DNA from: Candidatus Anderseniibacteriota bacterium
GTDB lineage: Bacteria; Patescibacteriota; Andersenbacteria; UBA10190
Direction of reading: 5' to 3'
Length of the DNA: 51,903 bases
Assembly: GCA_040876835.1 (NCBI GenBank)
Contig: JBBDOX010000017.1
Span: 1-51,903, forward strand
Shown: in pieces, positions 9,413 through 17,749 of the stretch
Layout: each line of letters begins with the position of its first letter
Numbering within the stretch: the stretch's first letter is position 1
Made by a program: the position numbers and the translations under genes
Notes under the pieces: model-generated
The model's database searches: none
What the model saw: the letters and a program-made list of their open reading frames with translations, nothing else
Told to the model about the DNA's origin: nothing

Positions 9413-10840
9413 TTATCTAGTCTTTTTTTGCAGCATTTTTTCTAACACTACCATCCAGACCAGCGGCAGAAGCCAAATGAAATATTGGTTGAAAATAACG
9501 GTGTTGAATCCAAGAAAAATGATAAAAATGAGACAGGCTGCCGTCACTACCGAAATAAGACGGCGCCCTACCAAGACATACACTCCAATAAAGAGCAGGC
9601 CCATGAATACTGCTCCCGGCCAGCCGGTTAGCGTCAGCACAGCATCGATGGAAGGAGCTCCAAAGTTTGCCTCTGAACTGCGAGTTACAGAAAATGTTAA
9701 GGCGTGAATAAAAGCTTTCAGATGATCAACCATGAAAGGAAGTGAGACAGCCAGCGGAATAAGTAATATCCCTACCGAATCCCGTAACAGTAGTTTCCAG
9801 TCACCCTTCGCTTGATACCAGCCATATATCAGGTAGACAGGCAGTAAGAATACAGCAACTTGCTTAACAGCCAGTGACAGCCCGAAGAGAACCATCGCCA
9901 CTGCCCGACGACGCGGCAAAAGTAGTAAGGAAAGCAGAAGAAAAAACAGAGCAATGAAGTCAATTTGTCCTACGTGCAGTACATACAGAGACCAGCGATT
10001 AAAGAGCCAGAAGGATGCTCCAGCCCAGGCCAAGAGCGGGCTAACAGGATACAAAGATACAAGCAACAGCACAGCGATACCTAAATATGCAGCCACTAAC
10101 ACGGGCAGCCAAAAAGCCATCCACTGATCAAACTCTTCGAAACCTACCTGACGCGCTCCGGCGGATAGCCAGTAGAAAAGGGGTAAATGCCCGGGGTTTT
10201 TGCGGTGAATACAGGTGTTATCCAGAGCACAGATGTATGGATTATCCCCCGCCGCTACTTGCCCGCCCCGCTGCCAGTAGTAATAAATATCTTCGCCTTC
10301 CCGGTCAGAGTTGAGGACATAATATGTAAGAGCACCCACAACTGGGCGCGTTACCAGCGTTTGGAAAACAATCGGCTCGTCAGTTGATTCTTTTTCCCGC
10401 AAAGCCTCCGGTTGCAGTAACAAAACAGGCTGCTCCGGATCGACGTGTGGAGCTGTCAGCTTAATCTGGTAACGAGTATATGGGGTGCCGCTAATCGGCT
10501 TGAACGTAAACCGCACTGCTCCCGAATCAGCCACGTATGCCCGGCCGATGGTCGTCTCAATACTACGAAGCTGGTTGCCGCTATCATCCCGAACCGTTAA
10601 ATGCATCAGCGTATCTTCCGGTGCTACAGGCGCGCGCTGGGCCTGAAAAACAATGCCCGAAAATTTACTGCTGCTGGGTTCCAGAGAAAATTCCACTGCA
10701 TGTTCGCGATCTAATACCAGCGACTGCGCAGTTGCCTGCTCAGCATAGCGGTCAACAGGATAGTGAACGGGAATTATCAGAATCACCACCAGGATAAAGG
10801 GTGGCACAATGTCTTTCCAGTGTCGGCGGATATCCAACAT
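9413..10840 (-). CDS. GT-C fold membrane glycosyltransferase (GT87/DUF2029-like) with N-terminal extracytoplasmic domain
   Basis: EDIYYY...G.NPY, HLPLFYW, GQIDF, LAVKQ, FNQYFIW; many TM helices. Confidence 0.72.
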   Translation of the reverse strand: MLDIRRHWKDIVPPFILVVILIIPVHYPVDRYAEQATAQSLVLDREHAVEFSLEPSSSKFSGIVFQAQRAPVAPEDTLMHLTVRDDSGNQLRSIETTIGRAYVADSGAVRFTFKPISGTPYTRYQIKLTAPHVDPEQPVLLLQPEALREKESTDEPIVFQTLVTRPVVGALTYYVLNSDREGEDIYYYWQRGGQVAAGDNPYICALDNTCIHRKNPGHLPLFYWLSAGARQVGFEEFDQWMAFWLPVLVAAYLGIAVLLLVSLYPVSPLLAWAGASFWLFNRWSLYVLHVGQIDFIALFFLLLSLLLLPRRRAVAMVLFGLSLAVKQVAVFLLPVYLIYGWYQAKGDWKLLLRDSVGILLIPLAVSLPFMVDHLKAFIHALTFSVTRSSEANFGAPSIDAVLTLTGWPGAVFMGLLFIGVYVLVGRRLISVVTAACLIFIIFLGFNTVIFNQYFIWLLPLVWMVVLEKMLQKKTR

Positions 10841-10961
10841 ACAGCGATAATATCATATTTTCCTGTCACAAAAACTGACACTCTCGCATTGCAGACGCTA
10901 TTAATCCCGGTACGGTTGAAGCACGAAACAGCAGTAATTTTTATTAAGGAGGTGGTACACA

Positions 10962-11222
10962 ATGATTGAACTCATATTCTTCCTCATCATCGGCGGTATT
11001 GCTGGCTGGATTGCCAGCACCATGATGAAAGGTCATGGAATGGGCCTACTCGCTAATATTGTTATCGGCATTATCGGAGCCGTTATTGGCGGATATGTGC
11101 TTGGTCTGTTCGGCATCGATTTGGGAGGACTAATAGGATCTCTTGTTACCGCAGTAATTGGAGCTGTTATCCTTCTCTTCATCGTCGGCCTTTTCCGGTC
11201 CAACACTGCTCGCCCAGTATAG
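10962..11222 (+). CDS. GlsB/YeaQ/YmgE transglycosylase-associated stress membrane protein
   Basis: IIGGIAGWIAS..M...GMGLLANIVIGIIGAVIGG...AVIGAVILL; AAGGAGGT RBS. Confidence 0.9.
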   Translation: MIELIFFLIIGGIAGWIASTMMKGHGMGLLANIVIGIIGAVIGGYVLGLFGIDLGGLIGSLVTAVIGAVILLFIVGLFRSNTARPV

Positions 11223-11247
11223 CTTTAACTCGTAATATCTAAATCCT

Positions 11248-11490
11248 ATGGCAGAACAAATCAATGTTACCCAGCCAAGTGGACCCGAAAAAGAATCCAG
11301 TTCTTCTATGGGTATTGTACTGGGTATAATCCTGCTGGCAGTTGTGGTCGTTCTCTTCCTGATGTTCCGCGGCAACTTTGGCGGCGGAGAAGCAGTACCA
11401 GAGAGCGGCACAGATACCGGCACCGGTGCTTCGTCTGAGCTGAACGTCGATGTAGGAACGGACGACCTGGGCACAGAACCTGCGCCGTAA
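11248..11490 (+). CDS. Small single-TM hypothetical protein
   Basis: One TM with an acidic low-complexity tail; co-oriented with the yeaQ-like gene. Confidence 0.7.
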   Translation: MAEQINVTQPSGPEKESSSSMGIVLGIILLAVVVVLFLMFRGNFGGGEAVPESGTDTGTGASSELNVDVGTDDLGTEPAP

Positions 11491-11520
11491 TACGTAGTAT
11501 TTGAGTATATAAAAGATAAC

Positions 11521-11551
11521 AGGCCCCGAGCACACTTTGTGCTGGGGGCCT
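11521..11551. terminator. GC-rich hairpin, probably a bidirectional terminator
   Basis: AGGCCCC.AGCACA-ctt-TGTGCT.GGGGCCT. Confidence 0.6.
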
Positions 11552-11691
11552 GGTGATTGACTCCTCCTAGCGCTCGCTCCTTCAAACGAACTGGGAAGAG
11601 TGGGGAATATTTACCACGCTGAAGGAAAAAGGGGGGAACAACTTTAACCGATTACTTTTATAGGTACATCCTTATACCAGACAACTAGACC

Positions 11692-11720
11692 ATTATATAC
11701 TAATCCTTGACAATTGTCAA
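11692..11720 (-). promoter_or_regulatory. Perfect sigma70 promoter TTGACA-17-TATAAT
   Basis: Minus strand: TTGACA attgtcaaggattagta TATAAT. The -35 lies in the palindrome CCTTGACAATTGTCAAGG. Confidence 0.7.
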
Positions 11721-11977
11721 GGGTATTTGTTTGATTTCCTATAACCACCGGAAAGCTGCAAGACAGGCGAGGAATTTCATAGTCTTTGAGTTTTGACACT
11801 CGCGTAAGAGAGAATACGCCTCTTGCGAGGAAGACTACCAAATTCCCCTATTGCACTGACTTACAGCTTTCCGACGGCTATCCTTCTCACTCGCGGCATA
11901 CATGACGAGCACGCATGTCGCGAGAGAGAAGGTGCGGACAATACGTAGATTGTCCGCGACCTCCGAAACCCTTGGTC

Positions 11978-12160
11978 CTAGCGACTCATCGTCTTCTGAT
12001 CCCGAGCCTGGACCAGCAGGTCATCCCTGAGGAGACCTTGCTTGATCAGCTCGCCGACCAAGCGGGCGATCCCGTTCTGGTTGGCCTGGCGACGGGGCAA
12101 GTGAGCTCCCAACGAGCGCACTCGAGAAGACACTCCGATCACTCGATTGTGACAGCGCAT
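11978..12160 (-). CDS. Small basic hypothetical protein (60 aa)
   Basis: AAGGA RBS upstream of ATG at 12160; no motif recognised. Confidence 0.4.
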   Translation of the reverse strand: MRCHNRVIGVSSRVRSLGAHLPRRQANQNGIARLVGELIKQGLLRDDLLVQARDQKTMSR

Positions 12161-12633
12161 TTCTGTTTCCTTTCGAAAATGCGCCATGGCTGCTGTTGCC
12201 TAAGCAGCCGAAGATTGTTTTCCAGCGGGCAACTCGCTGGTTTTTTCTTAGGTTTCGGATGTGCCGGTGATAAACACCGGCAAAGTACATCACTCCATCA
12301 CTGTGTCGTTATCGCGTTCGATCCAAGTCTAGAATGTAGTTTGATCAGCTATATATACGGCACAGAGATGGAAGGATGTTTATATATACTCCTTCTCTCA
12401 GCACACTACGACATAAGCCGTGATGCGCTGGGAGAAGTGGGGGACAGGTCGAAGTCGACGTTGTTCCCCATTTATATAATCCGGCGTTGTGTGCCGGGAA
12501 TGCGAGGTTGATTGCCTCGCGGAATGAACAGGTGCTCCGAAAAGTTTCGGAGCGGCAATCCCCTGGTTTTTACAGTAGCGATGGGGCATCACTACCAACC
12601 TTCCTGTTTTACATCTGGAAGGAGATGCAGACC

Positions 12634-12858
12634 TCACGAGCCATGGGGACGGGGATACCCCATCTCGATGGCAGCCAAGGTTGCCTCTCGATCCTCCTCT
12701 GGAATCATCCGGAGGAGAACGTCGAAGACGAGAAACGCTGCCGACACCATATCAACCGTGACGGCTTCAAACTCGGGGTCTATGCAGCCCCTGGGAGTAG
12801 CCACCCGAAAATGCGCAGCGGCAGCCGTCAAGAATTGGAGCTGCTGGGGATTCGCCAT
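12634..12858 (-). CDS. Small hypothetical protein (74 aa)
   Basis: GAGGAG RBS 8 nt before ATG; helical natural-looking composition. Confidence 0.55.
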   Translation of the reverse strand: MANPQQLQFLTAAAAHFRVATPRGCIDPEFEAVTVDMVSAAFLVFDVLLRMIPEEDREATLAAIEMGYPRPHGS

Positions 12859-13185
12859 GGGGTTTTCTCCTCAAGAAGCACTCTCACGCAAGGCGTCACG
12901 CGTCTGCGTGAACTTAATAACCTTGAGAAGAAAGTATCTCCCGCCACTGTGTCTTTGAAAAACGCTAAGCCGAACAGAGTATGTGGGCTGCGCATGTAAA
13001 GACACATGGGCGGAAGGCCGTGATATATGATCACAGCATCTTTCGCGGTACAGACATCTCTTACGTACTACTGCGTGAGTGGCAGGTCGCCGTCTCGTAA
13101 GAGTTTGTACTATTTATTTGTAAGAGGTCGTACCAGCTAGAAGTCGCAGTTCTAAAGATATGTATCTTCAGTCAGCGGCTTCTAA

Positions 13186-13325
13186 CAAAAGAAGCGGACA
13201 GATGATATATAAAGAGAGATATCAGCTATCCGCTTCCGTGTGATTAGATTTCTTGCCTGGCTCTAATCAGCCAGTCTCTCTTAGGCAATCTGTTATGGGC
13301 TTTGTGGGGAAAGAACTTACTGTAA
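13186..13325 (-). ncRNA. Candidate structured small RNA
   Basis: Lies between the promoter at 13332-13360 and a long terminator hairpin (GAAGCGGA...TCCGCTTC-TTTT); contains nested stems and no ORF in the track. Confidence 0.4.
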
Positions 13326-13331
13326 CGAGGA

Positions 13332-13360
13332 ATACTAGCATGGATATACATATTTGTCAA
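13332..13360 (-). promoter_or_regulatory. sigma70 promoter TTGACA-17-TAGTAT with extended TG
   Basis: Minus strand: TTGACA aatatgtatatccaTGc TAGTAT. Confidence 0.6.
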
Positions 13361-13416
13361 TACCAATGCCAAAGAAGCCATGTATAATGGCTTAATATAG
13401 AAAAAATATTGCTCCC

Positions 13417-14364
13417 TTATTTCGGTTGATTGTGGAGCTCCGGGTCTATTTCGCGATCAAAACAGGTGCGTCCAGCATCATGCTGCCAGTTCTCTTCAGC
13501 AATACCGCCGATGGGTTTACCATCTGGTGAAACTGGCAATGGCTGTACTGCGGATGTGTTAGAAGAGATACTTTCTTGGGTAAAGGTGGCACAGAGCTCA
13601 AATGACAGGTCGCTAGTCAATACATACTCGTACGACTGACTCGTTAGCGGGTCAACAGGGACGGAAAACCCGGAAATACTATCCTGGAGCTCCGACAACT
13701 CCTGCGGCAGATGATCCTTCTGGGACCAGAAGTATACGAGCTGGCTTTGAATAGATTGCAGATCCTGGACTCGTCGTTCGTCAAACCGGACATCTCGCTG
13801 ATACGTAGGAGAGCCACCGATAAAGAAGCCGGCAATTACAGCGGCCAGTACGACGACACCACTGCCCAAGGCAGCTTGCTTGGGAAGAGCAGAGACCATC
13901 TGCGTGCGACGTAAGTCCCAGAGGTAGTAACCAAATACAGCTGCGGCTGCGGCCAGCACAACAATAATTTTCAGAAAGAACTGTGCCGTCAGCTCCCCGC
14001 CGTAGAAGTTGTAGATCAGGATGATAAGATCAACGATAATGACGATGGCGGTAACAAAGAGCGTAAGGTACACCAGCCACTTGCGGATTTTCAGTTCATG
14101 TTTGGCAGGGTCCTTCCGCACTTCTCTTTCCAGCACCCACGCCAGCCACAGGAAGACCGGGAAAGAAACAATCAGAACCGAGCTGCCCCAGCGAATACTA
14201 TTAAATACCGCCTGGGCATAAAATGTTAAAGGGTCAGGAAACAGAACATTCACATACTGGAAGCACAGCACGATGAAACTGATCACGCTCATGTAGAGCG
14301 TGACGATCAGCAGGCCATGAAGAAAAACGTCCCGGGGAGAAGATTTTGTTACTGGTGCATCCAT
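13417..14364 (-). CDS. DUF5671-type membrane protein
   Basis: SPRDVFLH, FPVFLW, IRKWLVYLTLF, GSP..QR..RFDERRVQDL, FELCATF, WQH.AGRTCF. Confidence 0.8.
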   Translation of the reverse strand: MDAPVTKSSPRDVFLHGLLIVTLYMSVISFIVLCFQYVNVLFPDPLTFYAQAVFNSIRWGSSVLIVSFPVFLWLAWVLEREVRKDPAKHELKIRKWLVYLTLFVTAIVIIVDLIILIYNFYGGELTAQFFLKIIVVLAAAAAVFGYYLWDLRRTQMVSALPKQAALGSGVVVLAAVIAGFFIGGSPTYQRDVRFDERRVQDLQSIQSQLVYFWSQKDHLPQELSELQDSISGFSVPVDPLTSQSYEYVLTSDLSFELCATFTQESISSNTSAVQPLPVSPDGKPIGGIAEENWQHDAGRTCFDREIDPELHNQPK

Positions 14365-14432
14365 AGTGATGCTTACATACTAGCACCACGAGTCTAATTG
14401 CGCTATAGGCCTCAATACATTAAGCTCGCAGG

Positions 14433-15161
14433 GTGCGGATCCGCTTTCTCTCTCTTTTTCTTCTTGTATTACTGACCGCAAGCCTTATGGCGCGATCTCG
14501 ACAGGCCGAAGCGCCTGTTCTAATAGAGGAGCCTGCATCCCACGCCACTCCCACAGTAACTCCGCTTCTACAATCCCCTCAGCCCGCAGCAGTCCCCCTG
14601 TTAACCGCCCCTATCACCAGCCCCGAACAACGAGTTTCCAAAAAACCCTTTGGCATCCACATCACTCCCGCAACATCTCCCGTATTATTCGATATCTTCA
14701 ACGGATATCACACCGGAGTAGATTTTGAAGTGTTTGAAAACGAACTTCCACTCGACGTTGAGATATCGGCAGTCTGCTCCGGCCCTCTAATATTCAAAGG
14801 TTGGATTACAGGATATGGCGGAGTGGCCGTACAGCAGTGTCAGCTGGAAGAGCAGACAGTCACTATCGTCTACGGGCATTTGAATCTTGCCACTATTATT
14901 GTAAGCAAGGGGGATATGATCGCCCCCGGTGAACGCATTGGTGCTCTCGGCCAAGGATTTAGTTCTGAAACCGACGGTCAGCGTAAACACCTTCATCTTG
15001 GTATTCACAAAGGAGCTGTTGTGAATGTTCAGGGATATGTAGATACCAAATCTGCTCTGGAAGAATGGGTAAATATTCTGGACTATGCCCTCTCGTCTCT
15101 GGGATTCGTTAAATCTAAAAGATTGCTGTTAATAAGTCAGCAAGTCCTCCCGCTACAGTAG
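14433..15161 (+). CDS. M23 family metallopeptidase, secreted
   Basis: Signal peptide; HTGVD, YGHL and HLHLGI zinc motifs. Confidence 0.88.
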   Translation: MRIRFLSLFLLVLLTASLMARSRQAEAPVLIEEPASHATPTVTPLLQSPQPAAVPLLTAPITSPEQRVSKKPFGIHITPATSPVLFDIFNGYHTGVDFEVFENELPLDVEISAVCSGPLIFKGWITGYGGVAVQQCQLEEQTVTIVYGHLNLATIIVSKGDMIAPGERIGALGQGFSSETDGQRKHLHLGIHKGAVVNVQGYVDTKSALEEWVNILDYALSSLGFVKSKRLLLISQQVLPLQ

Positions 15162-15239
15162 TAGAACACCAGCTCACTCAAACTTGCCTACAAATACTTT
15201 CTGTAGCACAGCCCTCCCATTAACGCCCAACAAAGAGGA

Positions 15240-15268
15240 TTGCAAACGACAAGAATTACCAATATTAT
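15240..15268 (+). promoter_or_regulatory. Probable original ychF promoter, now separated from ychF
   Basis: TTGCAA-17-TATTAT upstream of AGGA RBS and ATG AAA ATA GGA (MKIG) at 15302. Confidence 0.5.
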
Positions 15269-15291
15269 CACTATCACAAGAGTTAAGGATA

Positions 15292-15314
15292 GGATCAAAA
15301 AATGAAAATAGGAA
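15292..15314 (+). repeat. attL, containing a displaced copy of the ychF 5' end
   Basis: GGATCAAAAAATGAAAATAGGAA, 21/23 identical to 29208-29230. Confidence 0.85.
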
Positions 15315-15444
15315 CTTGCAGTTTACTGCACCATGTTTTGAGTTCCACTTCTCCTTCCCAACACCAAAGCCACGACGAGACCGCAAGATTACACAAAGAA
15401 ATAAGGCTGGACAGATAGTTCACAGCCAGCCGCCAGCCATTTAA
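15315..15444 (+). other. Detached 3' end (42 codons plus stop) of the serine recombinase gene
   Basis: Frame reads KNENRN-LQFTAPCFEFHFSFPTPKPRRDRKITQRNKAGQIVHSQPPAI*; KNENRN is in the same frame as the recombinase C-terminus across the att repeat. Confidence 0.7.
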
Positions 15445-15637
15445 TCAGCGGCGCTATTACTTTTTTGGGCGCGCCGGAGCACCATTTGGAATTCCGAGCC
15501 CCAAGAATGGCGGGGCGGCTTTTATATGAGGTAAATAATCAAAAAAGGATCCCCACCTGCGCGAGCCAATAAGTTACAAAATTGCCCCATAAAGTCATTT
15601 ACAGTACAATGAAACGTCGCATCAGCAATCTTTATGG

Positions 15638-17683
15638 ATGAATGCGAGCCTAAAAACTATGCCTACAACCATACCCTATTTACAAACCGCCTTACGAGAA
15701 CTTGACCTGCCACAGAATGAAGCAGAGCAAGCAGAAAGAAATGCGAAGAGTATCATGGAAGCAGTTGCCAGTGTGAGAAATACTGCTCCAGAAAATCGCT
15801 TCGGTCTTATTTATGGTCGCATTCAGAGCGGAAAAACGAGAGCGATGATCGTAAGCACCGCCATTGCATTTGATGAGGGGTTTAAAATTGCAATTGTACT
15901 CACCAGCAACATCAATGATTTAGTAGCTCAAACTCACCTGAACTTTGCTGCCGGATTCCCTGATGTGATTATCCGCACTAAAGATGATGAGCTAACAAGC
16001 GAAGTAGAAAGCACTAAGATTGCTCTTGAGTACGGCGAGGGACGCCTGTTAGTAGTATGTTCCAAAGGAAGCGCTAGCCTGGAAAACGTCATTGAATTCA
16101 TGAAGGGTATTGGCGCAAAAAATCATGACACTATCATCTTTGACGATGAAGGAGATCAAGCTTCTTTAGATACTCAAACTCGCAGACGTTCACAAGGCAA
16201 ACCAAACTCTGAGCCTAGTAAAATCCATTATCTAATAAATGATCTTCGAAAGGTGTGCAAATCAAATGTTTACGTTAGCGTTACCGGCACCCCTCAAGCC
16301 GTACTACTGCAAAGCCTGCAGGCACGCCCATCGTTTATTCAACTTCTCCCGCCTGGGGATCCGTACGTGGGGGGAGAGCAATTCTTCAATACTTCTACGC
16401 CTGATGACAATGAAAGCCATTTGATCCGCACCATACCTGATGACGAGCGTGAGCAATTACTTGATGAGGATTCCCCTATTCCATCTGGTCTTCGACAAGC
16501 TTTGTTGTTTTTCTTAGTAGCAGCTGCAGCGGCACACGACAAGCTTGGTCAGCCTAAAGAAAATAAAGGCTATCAGTTCTTGTGCCATCCAAGTCTAAAA
16601 AACAAGGAACAGAGCATAGTCGAAGACCAGATGCGGACATTTGTTGATGACATATATAAAAAACTGTTGACTGACGCTAGTAAAATAGAAGAAGAACTAA
16701 AAGTCGCGTACAACGAACTTAAAAAAACCGCTACGGATGTTCCTGCATTACCGCAGCTTAAGCAAACCATGATTCGACAACTTGGCGCGAAAAAAATCTT
16801 GGTAATTAATGCCGCTACAAAAAGACAAGGCATTTCCTATGGTAATAGCATCAACTTTCTTATTGGTGGCAATACATTAGGCAGAGGTATAGCAATCCCG
16901 AAATTACTCGTAACGTACTACACCCGAGGAGGAAGAATTTCACAGATGGATACAATGCACCAACACGCTCGTATGTTTGGATACCGCAAAGAGGAGCTTC
17001 CTTATACACGCCTGTTTGTGCCACGCATGCTATATGACCGATTCCGTGAAATATATCTGTCCGATGAGAGCTTACGTAGCTTCATAGAAGCACACAAGGA
17101 TTCGCCTGCATCTTTCCCCATTGAGCAACTGCAAGAATTGCGCCCAACAAGACCAGCTGTACTGGACGTAAACACAATAGAAATTCTTCGCCCAGGAATG
17201 CAGATTTTCCCAAGCCCGATAAAGTTACCCCAACCTCAAAGGTCATACCAAAAGGTAGCTAATGAGATCATGGAAATCTTTGATGTTAAAGATCTGCAGA
17301 GCGCAATCGGAAAAGAAGCACAGATCAACAAGGAAAAGGCAACTGCATTACTTTCCATGATCAAGACAGGCTCAGGGAATACGTGGAGAGATAAGACAAT
17401 TGGTGTATTGCTCAAGAAGATTGATCAGCATCTAGGAGGCATAGTCAACATACGCTTTCGAGAAGCAGAGAGGCGCATTGATAGCAATAGAGAGCTTGGT
17501 AGCGGTATGCTTTCCGGAGCAGAGCATGCTGAGTCCCGCGAGAAGGATTCACCTACGTTGTGGCTCATAAGCGCAACGGCATCGGATGAAAGTGTTATTG
17601 AATATCAGGGTGAGCTGTTTATATATCCAACTCTCGTTGTACCAAACTCATTGCCCAAGCTGTTTATCTTCAGCAACAAGTAG
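15638..17683 (+). CDS. Z1-domain SF2 helicase-like ATPase (R-M associated)
   Basis: GRIQSGKT, IFDDEGD, VTGTP, IGGNTLGRG...YYTR...DTMHQHARMFGYR. Confidence 0.85.
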   Translation: MNASLKTMPTTIPYLQTALRELDLPQNEAEQAERNAKSIMEAVASVRNTAPENRFGLIYGRIQSGKTRAMIVSTAIAFDEGFKIAIVLTSNINDLVAQTHLNFAAGFPDVIIRTKDDELTSEVESTKIALEYGEGRLLVVCSKGSASLENVIEFMKGIGAKNHDTIIFDDEGDQASLDTQTRRRSQGKPNSEPSKIHYLINDLRKVCKSNVYVSVTGTPQAVLLQSLQARPSFIQLLPPGDPYVGGEQFFNTSTPDDNESHLIRTIPDDEREQLLDEDSPIPSGLRQALLFFLVAAAAAHDKLGQPKENKGYQFLCHPSLKNKEQSIVEDQMRTFVDDIYKKLLTDASKIEEELKVAYNELKKTATDVPALPQLKQTMIRQLGAKKILVINAATKRQGISYGNSINFLIGGNTLGRGIAIPKLLVTYYTRGGRISQMDTMHQHARMFGYRKEELPYTRLFVPRMLYDRFREIYLSDESLRSFIEAHKDSPASFPIEQLQELRPTRPAVLDVNTIEILRPGMQIFPSPIKLPQPQRSYQKVANEIMEIFDVKDLQSAIGKEAQINKEKATALLSMIKTGSGNTWRDKTIGVLLKKIDQHLGGIVNIRFREAERRIDSNRELGSGMLSGAEHAESREKDSPTLWLISATASDESVIEYQGELFIYPTLVVPNSLPKLFIFSNK

Positions 17684-17749
17684 CTGTCAGCGCACTCGAG
17701 TTTTTCCGCAAAAGTCCATATACTAGAAGTGGCTGTGGAAAAACTTACA

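Noticed and set aside
15100-15106. TGGGATT shared with 29206-29212 as an alternative att core inside the M23 gene
   Set aside because: Only 7 bp; the 23-bp repeat at 15292 is much stronger and reconstructs a proper ychF start.
15184-15444. 86-aa ORF as an independent gene
   Set aside because: TTG start without a clear RBS and it spans attL; better explained as a junction chimera containing the recombinase tail.
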